The notes under the pieces: model-generated
Told to the model about the DNA's origin: nothing
Databases searched by the model: none
What the model saw: only the letters and a program-made list of their open reading frames with translations
Translations under genes and position numbers: made by a program
Shown here: positions 18,736 through 28,595 of the stretch, piece by piece
How the letters are laid out: each line of letters starts with the position of its first letter
Position numbering within the stretch: position 1 is the first letter of the stretch
DNA from: Candidatus Zixiibacteriota bacterium
GTDB taxonomy: Bacteria > Zixibacteria > MSB-5A5 > WJJR01 > JAJRUJ01
Reading direction: 5' to 3'
Length of the DNA: 64,000 nucleotides
Assembly (NCBI GenBank): GCA_020051695.1
Contig: JAGVQM010000038.1
Coordinates: 46,326 to 110,325, forward strand

Positions 18736-19662
18736 CTAAAACCGCGTGACCCGTGCATGGCAATACGGCTGTTTCCCGGTCTTGAGGTAATAATCCTGGT
18801 GGTAATCCTCGGCTTCCCAGAACGTACCGGCCGGGACAACTTGTGTGGCGATATTGAGTCCCCCGGCTTTCAGGAGGTCGAGGAGTTTTTCGATGGTCTG
18901 TTTCTGCCGTTCGTCGACATAAAAGACCGCCGAGCGGTATTGATCGCCGATATCCGGGCCTTGCCGTTCGACCTGCGTGGGGTCGTGAATCTCGAAAAAG
19001 AGCCGGGCCAGCGTTTCATGGTTTGTTTTGGACGAATCGAAGATCACTTCCAGCGCTTCGGCGTGGCCGGTGTTGCCGGTGCATACTTCATTATATGTCG
19101 GTTTTTCCCCGGCGCCGCCTATATAGCCGACCCTTGTCGAAATGACGCCCTCGGCCCGCTGGAAATAATATTCCACACCCCAGAAACATCCTCCCGCAAA
19201 ATAAGCAGTTTGATTCGCCACCGCCTTTTCCGGCACAAAGCCCAGGGAAATGGAGTTCACGCAATGGCGGGTATTTTTTGCCGTGAATCCCTCACCCAGG
19301 AACACATGTCCCAGGTGCGCCCCGCAATTCCCGCAGACGATTTCAGTGCGCCGGCCGTCGGCGTCCGGCACGCGTTTGACGGCGCCGGGAACTTCATCAT
19401 CAAAACTCGGCCAGCCGCATTGCGCGTCGAATTTATCCTGCGAGCGGTACAACGGCGCATTGCAGCGCCGGCAGGTATAGGTGCCCTCGTCCTCGAATTT
19501 GTGATACTCGCCCGAGAACGGCGCTTCAGTCCCCTTATGCAGGATTACTCGTTCTTCCTCGGGGGTCAGCTTATTTACATTCATCATCGAATCCTGTGCT
19601 ACTGCCGATGTCGCCCAAAGGGCCACCAGCATTATGATTATACCACTAGTCGTGCATTTCAC
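18736..19662 (-). CDS. msrAB: secreted bifunctional methionine sulfoxide reductase MsrB-MsrA
   Basis: Signal peptide. MsrB Zn/catalytic motifs (RCNAPLY…CGWPSF…CGNCGAHLGHVF). MsrA GCFWG motif (AYFAGGCFWGVEYYF). Confidence 0.9.
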   Translation of the reverse strand: MKCTTSGIIIMLVALWATSAVAQDSMMNVNKLTPEEERVILHKGTEAPFSGEYHKFEDEGTYTCRRCNAPLYRSQDKFDAQCGWPSFDDEVPGAVKRVPDADGRRTEIVCGNCGAHLGHVFLGEGFTAKNTRHCVNSISLGFVPEKAVANQTAYFAGGCFWGVEYYFQRAEGVISTRVGYIGGAGEKPTYNEVCTGNTGHAEALEVIFDSSKTNHETLARLFFEIHDPTQVERQGPDIGDQYRSAVFYVDERQKQTIEKLLDLLKAGGLNIATQVVPAGTFWEAEDYHQDYYLKTGKQPYCHARVTRF

Positions 19663-20108
19663 GGCACTGTCCTTTCAACTGACGGTGCCCGGTTGTTTAC
19701 CTGCCCGTCAAAGTGATACGGGTTGATGTGAACGGCCAATTGGCATTGTGCCACTCTGGTTCCGGGATTTCGACGGGATACGGACGTCCTATATGAGCAT
19801 TTTCTCGGCTACCATAATATGCATAAATACGGAATCCGTCCGGTAATCCCGTCTCAGATCTCACGGGATTGGGGCTTCCAGCTGGGGAATTCTCCCCTTT
19901 GTATTGTGCGATGACCATAGTTTTTGCGGTTATTTCGCGGATGTTGATTACTTGGGATGTTGTGTGCTGTGGTTATACACTCGGTATGCGCCTGTTCTGC
20001 AACGGGATAAACCCACGCCGTCAAGAATCGCATAACTTGGCCATTAAATTGCTCAAACCCTGAGCAGGTAATCAATATCCCGGTTCAGTAGAAAAAGGAG
20101 GATTTATA

Positions 20109-20795
20109 GTGCAAAAAGCAAAAGTACACTTCCAAATCGGCAGTCTGCTTGCGGCAATGGCGCTGCTGGCATTTGTGGCGTTCGGCTGTTCGAATGACGC
20201 TCCGCTGGCGCCGAGTCAAAACGGGCCCGGATTATCGCCGGCCCTGACGTACGTTTTGGATCAATTCGGAGTCGATCCGTTGCAAGGCTTGACCGGCAAT
20301 GCGCTGGCCAAGAAGAAAGAGTGTTTCATTCATTCGGCGACCGATACGGTCGATGTCGATGAGAATGGTGCGATTGTTTACCTCGATTTGGGCGAGGGCG
20401 TATCTGAGTTTGAAATTCCCGGCGACGCAGTATGCAAGGACTATGAGAAGTATTTGGAGGAGTTGGCAAAAGAGGATCCGGACGAAGAGAAATTGGCTGA
20501 ATTCGAGGCAGAGAATCCGTTTGGTTGCCCGGTGCGCATCACCGCAGATGCCGCGTTATTCAACACGCCGCATGGACCGCTAGTGATGTACGATTTCGGG
20601 CCAGATGGCCTTGAGTTCAATAAAGAATGCAAGTTGCGTCTGTGGACGGACTTTGGCAAAGACAAGCTGGTCTGGTTGTACTGGTTCGATCCGGAAAAGG
20701 GCCAGTGGGTTAAGGAAGATAAAGCGAAAAAGACTGATAAAGAAGGTGCAATCGAGTTCAAGATCACGCACTTCTCAAAGTACGCGATTTCCTAA
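20109..20795 (+). CDS. lipoprotein, hypothetical (lower-GC gene)
   Basis: GTG start 9 nt after AAGGAGG. Lipobox AFVAFGCS. Lys/Glu-rich; GC clearly below the neighbouring genes. Confidence 0.6.
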   Translation: MQKAKVHFQIGSLLAAMALLAFVAFGCSNDAPLAPSQNGPGLSPALTYVLDQFGVDPLQGLTGNALAKKKECFIHSATDTVDVDENGAIVYLDLGEGVSEFEIPGDAVCKDYEKYLEELAKEDPDEEKLAEFEAENPFGCPVRITADAALFNTPHGPLVMYDFGPDGLEFNKECKLRLWTDFGKDKLVWLYWFDPEKGQWVKEDKAKKTDKEGAIEFKITHFSKYAIS

Positions 20796-20818
20796 CCGCC
20801 GGAAAGAAAGGAATTCAT

Positions 20819-20856
20819 AAAACGCCCACTCTCCGAGTGGGCGTTTCTTCTTGTGG
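20819..20856 (+). terminator. Rho-independent terminator
   Basis: AACGCCCACT-ctccg-AGTGGGCGTT 10-bp stem followed by TCTTCTTGT. Confidence 0.8.
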
Positions 20857-21102
20857 GTCAACACCTTGCTATGCCCAATGCCCGTTTGTCCGCTGCCGGC
20901 TGGGCGAAAGCCCAAAACCCCCTACGGACGGACGACCAAAATGTCGATTTATTGAAGTATAAGAGTCTGAACGAAGACGCAAGACGTCTTCCTCTGTAGA
21001 GTCTGGATTCACTGATTAAAGAAGAGTGGAAACTCGAGGATACCCTCGTTTTGGGACCAAATGGCTCGGGCGTGTGGAACATCAGGCAGGAGGACATAAT
21101 AA

Positions 21103-22242
21103 TTGAAAATTGAACAGAAAACCTGGACTCAGGAGAGCGGGTGGGATCATGATGCGCCGGGGGAGCTTGCCGAACAGCCGCAGGTTGTCTTTGTTTTTGG
21201 CGGCAGAGCGGCGCTGGAAGGTCAAGGATTACTCGATGATATCCGCCATGCTTACCCTGAAACCAATGTATTTGGTTGTTCGACGGCCGGAGAGATCGGC
21301 GGCACCCGAGTGACCGATGATGCGCTGGTGGCAACGGCCGTCGCGTTCGAACATTCACAGGTCACCGGCGCGCAGGTTAGCGTTGACGACACGGTCGGCA
21401 GTTACGATGCCGGCAAATACCTGGCGCAAACCCTCAACAAGAATGGCCTGAAGCATGTTTTTGTCTTGTCCGACGGCCTAAAGGTCAATGGCAGCGATCT
21501 GGTCAAAGGACTGACCGGACATTTGCCGGGTGACGTCAAAGTCACCGGCGGGTTGTCCGGTGACGGTGATCGCTTTCAGGAAACGCTGGTCGTCTGGGAG
21601 GGTCGGGCGATGTCCGGTTCGGTAGCGGTCCTTGGTTTATACGGCGATCGGTTGAAGGTTGGTTATGGCTCGCAGGGAGGCTGGGATTCCTTCGGGCCGG
21701 AACGGTTGATCACCCGGGCTGAGGGGAATGTCTTGTACGAATTGGACGGCCGCTCGGCGCTTGATTTGTACAAGCAATATCTGGGCGAACACGCGGTGGG
21801 CTTGCCCGCCACGGGCCTGCTTTTCCCCTTAAGTCTGCGCGGTGCGGAAGGTGAGCCCGGGGTTGTCCGGACGATTTTGGCAGTGGATGAACAAAAACAG
21901 AGTATGACTTTTGCCGGCGACCTGCCCGAGGGCGCCTACGCCCGGTTGATGAAGGCCAATTTTGACCGTCTAATCGACGGCGCCGAGGGTGCGGCGGAGG
22001 TCTGCCATCAGGCATTGGCGCCATCGCCGTCGGAATTGGCCATTTTGATCAGTTGCGTCGGCCGGAAAATGGTGCTCAGACAGCGGGTCGAAGAAGAGGT
22101 GGAAAGCGTCCAGGCCGCCCTCGGAAACCAGACCGTTTTGGCGGGTTTCTATTCGTATGGCGAGATTTCGCCGTTTTCCCTAAACGCCAAATGTGAGTTG
22201 CATAATCAGACGATGACGATCACTACCTTGTCGGAAAAGTAG
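21103..22242 (+). CDS. FIST-domain sensor protein (FIST_N + FIST_C)
   Basis: TTG start after GGAGGA. Full-length FIST architecture (…VFGCSTAGEIGG…GFYSYGEISP…). Its stop abuts the kinase start. Confidence 0.75.
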   Translation: MKIEQKTWTQESGWDHDAPGELAEQPQVVFVFGGRAALEGQGLLDDIRHAYPETNVFGCSTAGEIGGTRVTDDALVATAVAFEHSQVTGAQVSVDDTVGSYDAGKYLAQTLNKNGLKHVFVLSDGLKVNGSDLVKGLTGHLPGDVKVTGGLSGDGDRFQETLVVWEGRAMSGSVAVLGLYGDRLKVGYGSQGGWDSFGPERLITRAEGNVLYELDGRSALDLYKQYLGEHAVGLPATGLLFPLSLRGAEGEPGVVRTILAVDEQKQSMTFAGDLPEGAYARLMKANFDRLIDGAEGAAEVCHQALAPSPSELAILISCVGRKMVLRQRVEEEVESVQAALGNQTVLAGFYSYGEISPFSLNAKCELHNQTMTITTLSEK

Positions 22243-24342
22243 ATGGTGACTCGGATGCACGGATTACTTCGTCGACAACTCGTCCGGCATTTCGGCGCCG
22301 CCGATAATATACCGGCTGAATGGCGGGGATTCATTTCCGCCGTCAACGATGCCTACGCGCAATCCGATATCGACCGGGCCATGCTGGAACGGTCTCTCGA
22401 ATTGAGTTCACAGGAATTGTCACAGGCCAATTCCGACATGCGGGCCATTTTCAATGTCCTGCCGGACTTGTTTTTCCGGCTGGACCGTGGGGGGACAATT
22501 CTCGACAGCAAGGCCGGCAAAAATACCAATTTCTATGTTCCGCCGAATTCGATGCTCGGCAAACGAATTCAGGATATCCCTCTGCCGGAAATTGGCGCCA
22601 AGTTCGCCGAGGCCGTCCGGCAGTTGGAACAGACAAAATCGACGGTCTGTGTCGAATACGACCTGTACATGCCGTCCGGCATAACTTCCTATGAAGCACG
22701 CTTACTGCCGCTGTTCGACAACGAGATTATCGTTATTATCCGGGATATCACTGAACGCAAAAACGCGGAACGCGAGTTGCACGACCGCGAAAGTCTGTTG
22801 CGGGCCACGCTGAAATCGACCGGCGATGGAATCCTCGTGGTCAACAAGGAGGGGCGGGCGACACATTCAAATGCCCGGTTTTTGGAACTGTGGCGGATCC
22901 CCCGGGAGCTGGCGGCACAAGGCGACGACGATAAATTACTCGATTTTGTGCTCGATCAATTGCGCGAACCGCAATTGTTCCTGGCTAAGGTCCGGGAACT
23001 CTATGCCAGCCGCGAAGAGTCTTTCGATACACTGCATTTCAAGGATGAGCGTGTCTTTGAGCGGTTTTCCTGCCCGTTGATCAAGAACGGTGATATCGCC
23101 GGCAGGGTATGGAGTTTTCGGGATATCACCGCGCGGGTTAAAGCCGAACAGCAGCAACGTGAAATGAAAGACATGCTGGAACGAGCGGAACGGATGGAAT
23201 CCCTGGGCGTGCTGGCGGGCGGTGTGGCCCATGACCTCAACAACATCCTCGGCCCACTGGTCGGTTACCCGGACCTGATTGGGATGATGTTGCCGGACGA
23301 CAGCCCTGTGAAAGAAAAAATCAGCCGTCTGGGGCAGGCGGCGCAAGCGGCCGCGGACGTTGTCCAGGACTTGCTGACGCTGGCCCGGCGCGGCCGTTAC
23401 GAACTCACGCCGGTGAATCTGAACCGGATTATTGCCGAGTTCTTCGATTCGCCCAGTTATCTGAAACTTGCCGAGTATAATCCGGGCATATGCATGGCCT
23501 TTGGCCCGGACAACTCGTTGCCGAATATCAATGGTTCAGCCCTGCATTTATCAAAAGTCATCATGAACCTGACGGTGAATGCCTTCGAGGCCATGACCGA
23601 AGGCGGGACGCTCACCATATCAACATCCCAACGCCCGTTGACCGAATTGGAGAGCGGATACGCCGAGCTCAACCCCGGGGATTATGTCATCCTGCGGATG
23701 AAAGACACCGGAAGCGGCATCGATCCCCAGGACCTGGATAAAATTTTTGAACCGTATTATTCGAAAAAGAAAATGGGGCGCAGCGGCAGCGGGCTGGGGC
23801 TTTCGGTCGTTTACGGAGTAATCAAAGACCATAATGGATACTATGATGTCTTCTCCACACTTGGCAAAGGGACGGAATTCGTTCTTTATTTCCCTGTGAC
23901 CAATAGCCCGGTCGAGAACAAATCGGGTCCGGCGGGTGAACATCGAGGCATGGAGACCATCCTGGTCGTAGATGATAATGAAGAACAGCGGATTATGGCC
24001 GCAGAGCTTATTGCCAGCCTGGGTTATCGGGTCGTTTCAGTCGCCAACGGCCACGAAGCGGTTGCTTTTTTCGACAATCAGTCGGTTGATCTGGTCGTTT
24101 TGGATATGATTATGGAAGATGGATTCGATGGCCTGGACACGTACCGTGAGATTGTTATACGGCACCCCGGCCAGAAAGCAATTATCGTCAGCGGATATTC
24201 TGCCACCCAGCGGGTGCAACAGATGCAGGAACTCGGCGCCGGCAGATATGTCCGAAAACCATATTCGCGCAACACCATCGGCGAAGCCCTCCGTGAAGAA
24301 TTGGACCGCTGCGCACTGCCCGCCCGTCATCGGCGATCATGA
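22243..24342 (+). CDS. hybrid sensor histidine kinase (PAS-PAS-HisKA-HATPase-REC)
   Basis: Two PAS-like segments. H-box GGVAHDLNNIL, HATPase GSGLGLSVVYG, C-terminal receiver domain (ILVVDDNEEQ…VVLDMIM). Confidence 0.85.
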   Translation: MVTRMHGLLRRQLVRHFGAADNIPAEWRGFISAVNDAYAQSDIDRAMLERSLELSSQELSQANSDMRAIFNVLPDLFFRLDRGGTILDSKAGKNTNFYVPPNSMLGKRIQDIPLPEIGAKFAEAVRQLEQTKSTVCVEYDLYMPSGITSYEARLLPLFDNEIIVIIRDITERKNAERELHDRESLLRATLKSTGDGILVVNKEGRATHSNARFLELWRIPRELAAQGDDDKLLDFVLDQLREPQLFLAKVRELYASREESFDTLHFKDERVFERFSCPLIKNGDIAGRVWSFRDITARVKAEQQQREMKDMLERAERMESLGVLAGGVAHDLNNILGPLVGYPDLIGMMLPDDSPVKEKISRLGQAAQAAADVVQDLLTLARRGRYELTPVNLNRIIAEFFDSPSYLKLAEYNPGICMAFGPDNSLPNINGSALHLSKVIMNLTVNAFEAMTEGGTLTISTSQRPLTELESGYAELNPGDYVILRMKDTGSGIDPQDLDKIFEPYYSKKKMGRSGSGLGLSVVYGVIKDHNGYYDVFSTLGKGTEFVLYFPVTNSPVENKSGPAGEHRGMETILVVDDNEEQRIMAAELIASLGYRVVSVANGHEAVAFFDNQSVDLVVLDMIMEDGFDGLDTYREIVIRHPGQKAIIVSGYSATQRVQQMQELGAGRYVRKPYSRNTIGEALREELDRCALPARHRRS

Positions 24343-24679
24343 TCTTAGGAAATTCTGCGCCGAATATTCCACCTAAGATGTTGTCAATCCAGCAGATGGA
24401 TTATATTTTGTATTCGGCTCGCTACGCAGAACCCCGTGAATTCTGCTGCCGGAATCAACTGATTTTTATATTGAACCAACAGGCCCTTTGGGTTTCCTTT
24501 TATTGTGAGTACGTTATTGGGAAAATTGAATAATGAAGAAGTGCGCAAACATCGAGATTTCCGGATATGTAGTAGATAGGACAAGTGAACACCCGGATAT
24601 CGACAGGCCCGGGTCGGACAGGATGAATAGAGAGAGTCGGCATCGGTTCTCACTACAAAAGAGTTGGAGGGAGAAACTC

Positions 24680-26197
24680 ATGAGGAAAATGCTGGGGGTT
24701 GTCAATGCATTGGTTGCCCTGATCATGGTGTTCGCATTGACCGGCAGTTCCGTGGCCAATAACCGGCCCGAAGCGTCCACGCTGTTACAGGATTCTCAGC
24801 GCTACCAACGAATTCTTGAAACAGGGGGCGACTTCTCGTCACAACAACACGCGCTGTTTGAGTTCATCTTTGCCGCCACGGCATCGCCGGCCGGCGACCG
24901 TGCGGGAATTCCCGCGACGGACCGGTTGGCGCGGCCATCGTATGGTTACCTGTACGTTTCAGATACCTGCTATGTCTGGGATGGCGGGCAATGGGTATAC
25001 AGCTCGCGCACGACCTACACGTACGGGACGAACCAATTAATGACCACGATCGTCACAGAGGAGTGGGACGGCGGGCAATGGGTGTATGTCGACCGGTATT
25101 TGTACACCTACGACGGTAACAACAGAATGGCGACGATGACGATGCAAGAATGGCAATCTGCACAATGGGAAAACGTCAGTGATATGACGTTCTCCTACGA
25201 TGGAAACGGGAATCAGATCGAAATGCTGATCCGGAGTTGGGAGGATGGCGGCTGGGTCAATGCGGCCAAGATTACCTCGACCTTCTCCGGCAATTTGGTC
25301 CAGACATCCCTTACGCAAATGTGGGCCGATCCGGATTGGGAAAATTCGATGATGGTCACCTATGCGTACGACGGCAGCGACCGGAGGATAGAGGAAGTGA
25401 CCCAGTTCTGGTTCGGCACAGACTGGACCAATTTATCCCGCAGGACACATGTCTATAACGGCAGTGGTCTGGTGACCGAAACCATTAACCAAAGCTGGCT
25501 GGGCGTAAGCTGGTCCAATCAATCACGGACGACATACGCCTACAACGGCAACGGACAGGAAACGACGGTTACCCAGTATTCCTGGGCCGGGGCGGCCTGG
25601 GTGGAATCCTCGATGTGGCAGTACACGTATAATGGTTCCGGCTACGAAATACTGGCGGTATACTCTTCGTGGTCGGGCTCTTCGTGGGTGGAAACCGAGG
25701 CCGATACCTCCAAATATGTCGGCGACAAGCTGGTCGAGGAAGTCCGCAACCATATCCAATCGGCACAGGTCGACCGGACGCAGTACACCTGGGACGGCGA
25801 TTGTATGGTCGCCGATCTGGACCAGGTGTGGCAGGATGGCGCCTGGGTCAACGAAATGCGGTGTGTGTATGTCTGTGGGTCGGGTTCGGGAATTTTGAGT
25901 GAATCCGAGCAAGGACCCGTGGCGTATTCCCTGGCCCAGAATTATCCGAATCCGTTTAACGCCTCGACCGTCATCCGGTATAGTTTGGACCGTGGTTCAC
26001 CGGTAACGATAACCGTTTATAATCTGCTGGGTCAGACAGTCACCGTTCTGGATGAGGCCTACCGTGCGGCGGGAGTCCATGAAACGACCTGGGACGGCGC
26101 CGATCGGTCGGGTCACGCGGTGCCCAGCGGCATATATTTTTATCGTTTGGCAGCCGGTGAATTCAACGAAGTCCGCAAGATGGTATTGTTGAAATAA
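24680..26197 (+). CDS. secreted repeat protein with T9SS type-A C-terminal sorting domain
   Basis: ATG at 24680 lies 6 nt after GGAGGGAG. Signal peptide. About 10 tandem 29-aa repeats (W-x-G-x2-W-x-N … T-Y-x-Y-D-G-N-G). C-terminus NYPNPFNASTVIRY…GIYFYRL…KMVLLK matches Por_Secre_tail. Confidence 0.8.
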   Translation: MRKMLGVVNALVALIMVFALTGSSVANNRPEASTLLQDSQRYQRILETGGDFSSQQHALFEFIFAATASPAGDRAGIPATDRLARPSYGYLYVSDTCYVWDGGQWVYSSRTTYTYGTNQLMTTIVTEEWDGGQWVYVDRYLYTYDGNNRMATMTMQEWQSAQWENVSDMTFSYDGNGNQIEMLIRSWEDGGWVNAAKITSTFSGNLVQTSLTQMWADPDWENSMMVTYAYDGSDRRIEEVTQFWFGTDWTNLSRRTHVYNGSGLVTETINQSWLGVSWSNQSRTTYAYNGNGQETTVTQYSWAGAAWVESSMWQYTYNGSGYEILAVYSSWSGSSWVETEADTSKYVGDKLVEEVRNHIQSAQVDRTQYTWDGDCMVADLDQVWQDGAWVNEMRCVYVCGSGSGILSESEQGPVAYSLAQNYPNPFNASTVIRYSLDRGSPVTITVYNLLGQTVTVLDEAYRAAGVHETTWDGADRSGHAVPSGIYFYRLAAGEFNEVRKMVLLK

Positions 26198-26255
26198 GGC
26201 GAGGCAGCCGATTGGCGGGCGGTTGTAACCGCGACGCCCGCCTCCAGAGAAATTC

Positions 26256-26293
26256 GGGCGGTGAGTTTCACATACTCACCGCCCGTTTTATTT
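26256..26293 (+). terminator. Rho-independent terminator
   Basis: GGGCGGTGAGT-ttcacat-ACTCACCGCCC followed by GTTTTATTT. Confidence 0.8.
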
Positions 26294-26390
26294 GAGGCCA
26301 TGCCCGGCAATTGTCTATGGAATACCATGAATACTCTTTCCCCGGATTGCCGGCCGGCGTTTTATTACGCCGGGTGCAGGAGGACAGACA

Positions 26391-26891
26391 ATGGGCTACA
26401 CCTTGGAACCGTTGACAGAGCACGACCGCACGGCGGTCGTGGATATCTTCAATTATTACATTGAACATAGTTTTGCCGCCTATTGGGAAACGCCCCGAGG
26501 ATACGGCGTGTTCGATCAGTTTGCCGCGCTTACCGCGGACTATCCTACGGCGGCTGTCAGAACCGACAGCGGTGAGACTGTCGGATTCGCCTTTTTGCGG
26601 CCGTATCACCCGGCCGATTCATTTCGGTATACTGCGGAAATTACGTATTTTATCGCTCCGGAGCATACGGGGAAGGGGTTAGGCGCACGGCTTCTCGATT
26701 ACCTGACCGCCGCCGCCCGCAAAAAAGAGATCACGATTCTTCTGGCATCCATTTCCTCGCGAAACGACGGCAGCATCCGGTTCCACCGCACCCACGGGTT
26801 CGTTGAATGCGGCAGGTTCATCGGCATCGGCCGCAAGCACGGCGGACCATTTGATGTAGTCTGGATGCAAAAACAGTTGCCGTCATGCTGA
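26391..26891 (+). CDS. GNAT family N-acetyltransferase (phosphinothricin/aminoacid acetyltransferase-like)
   Basis: 166 aa. Acetyl-CoA-binding motif HTGKGLGARLL and a PAT/Bar-like C-terminus. Confidence 0.8.
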   Translation: MGYTLEPLTEHDRTAVVDIFNYYIEHSFAAYWETPRGYGVFDQFAALTADYPTAAVRTDSGETVGFAFLRPYHPADSFRYTAEITYFIAPEHTGKGLGARLLDYLTAAARKKEITILLASISSRNDGSIRFHRTHGFVECGRFIGIGRKHGGPFDVVWMQKQLPSC

Positions 26892-27101
26892 CCGTCCGCT
26901 CTGGAGATTGGGGCGGCGGCGCCGTGCGGTGAGTGCGTTGCCAAATTCGCGGGGAGAAAGGCCTTGCCTCCGGCACAGGAACGCATTTTCTATGATGCCG
27001 GGAATATGTTGCGTGCCGGTATGCCCACTGGCGGTTGAACCTCCCGCGCCCGGCGCGGCGGGGTTTCCGGCCCCGGCACTTCGCCTGTGGAGGGATGGAA
27101 G

Positions 27102-28547
27102 ATGTCGCCGATCAAGCCGCAAAATTTGAAAGGTTTCAAAGATGTTCTCCCGGCGGAAATGCTGTTTCGGGACAACGTCATTTCACATATCAAAAAAGTC
27201 TTTGAATCGTACGGTTTTGCTCCGCTGAACACCCCGGCCCTTGAGTACAAGGAAATCCTGCTGGGTTACGGTGACGAGGCCGGCAAGCAAATCTACCTGT
27301 TTGAGGAACCGGAGGGCAATCAGGTCGGCTTGCGGTTCGATCTGACCGTACCCCTCTCGCGGGTGATTGCCCAGTATCATGACCTGCCCCGGCCGTTCAA
27401 ACGGTACCAGGTACAGCCGGTTTGGCGTTATGACAAACCCGATCCCGGCCGTTTTCGCGAATTCATCCAGTTCGATATCGACACGATCGGGACGACCTCG
27501 ATGATGGCGGACACGGAAATAATTGCCGCCATGCATGAGTCTTTGTCGGGACTGCGGCTGCCGCACAAGATTCGTTTCAGTAACCGTAAGATCCTGAACA
27601 GTCTGATTATGTTTGCCGGTATCCCGGAAACGATGGGGCGTCATGTATTCCGCATCCTGGACAAGCTGGAAAAACAGGGGTTGGCCAGCGTGAAACTGGA
27701 ACTGGGGCCCGGCCGCGTCGATGAATCCGGTGATCCGATTCCGGGTCTGGGGCTGAAGCCGCCACAGATCGCCAAAATCGAGGAATTTCTCGGTTTGCCG
27801 CAGCGGACACGGCAGGAAGGGCTTGATTCGGCGGCTAATTTGTTTAAGGACACACCGGGCGCCGAAACCGGTATCCGGGAGGTGGCGGAAATTCATGAAT
27901 ACCTCACGGCGCTGGAGATCCCCGATGACAAGGTAATTATCGATCTGAGCATTGCGCGGGGGCTGGACTATTACACCGGTCCGGTATTTGAAGCGGTGCT
28001 GGTCGACGACCGCGGCGGCCGGGTGGGGAGTGTGATGGGCGGTGGGCGTTACGATCAACTCATTGGGCAATTCACCGGACGGCCGGAGCCGGCCACCGGC
28101 GCGTCGATCGGCGTGGACCGGCTGGTGAGCGCCATGCAACTGTTGCAGGATATCCAGCCACGGCCCTCGACTGCTGATGTGCTGGTGACCGTGATGATGC
28201 CGGAACGGATCGCGGAATATGCCCGAATCGCCGGCCGGCTGCGGCGCGAGGGGATCAACGCCGAGTTGTACATGGGCGGAGAGAAATCGATCGGCAAGCA
28301 ATTACAGTATGCCGACCGGCAGATGATTCCCGTGGCCGTCATTGCCGGTTCAAATGAGTTTGACGCCGGGGAGGTCTCGATCAAGGACCTTGATAAAATC
28401 CGGCGGGAAAAAATCGAGATCAAAGACCGCAAAGAGTGGGTCAAACGCAAAGTCGGCCAGGTCACCGTGCCCCTCGCCGATCTGGCTGTGGAAGTGAAGT
28501 CGATGCTGCGGGCGGGTGGCGGCACGAACCTGCCGTCAGACCATTGA
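27102..28547 (+). CDS. hisS: histidine--tRNA ligase
   Basis: Class II aaRS motif 2 (WRYDKPDPGRFREFIQFDID) and motif 3 (GGGRYDQL), plus a C-terminal anticodon-binding domain. ATG after GGAGGG. Confidence 0.85.
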   Translation: MSPIKPQNLKGFKDVLPAEMLFRDNVISHIKKVFESYGFAPLNTPALEYKEILLGYGDEAGKQIYLFEEPEGNQVGLRFDLTVPLSRVIAQYHDLPRPFKRYQVQPVWRYDKPDPGRFREFIQFDIDTIGTTSMMADTEIIAAMHESLSGLRLPHKIRFSNRKILNSLIMFAGIPETMGRHVFRILDKLEKQGLASVKLELGPGRVDESGDPIPGLGLKPPQIAKIEEFLGLPQRTRQEGLDSAANLFKDTPGAETGIREVAEIHEYLTALEIPDDKVIIDLSIARGLDYYTGPVFEAVLVDDRGGRVGSVMGGGRYDQLIGQFTGRPEPATGASIGVDRLVSAMQLLQDIQPRPSTADVLVTVMMPERIAEYARIAGRLRREGINAELYMGGEKSIGKQLQYADRQMIPVAVIAGSNEFDAGEVSIKDLDKIRREKIEIKDRKEWVKRKVGQVTVPLADLAVEVKSMLRAGGGTNLPSDH

Positions 28548-28595
28548 AATACCCATGACGAATGCCGCCCGACGAATTTGCCGAAGAGACAGCAC

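Noticed and set aside
20858-21358. 166-aa minus-strand ORF overlapping the FIST gene start
   Set aside because: No RBS, Arg-rich translation, and it overlaps the well-supported FIST N-terminus and the upstream terminator.
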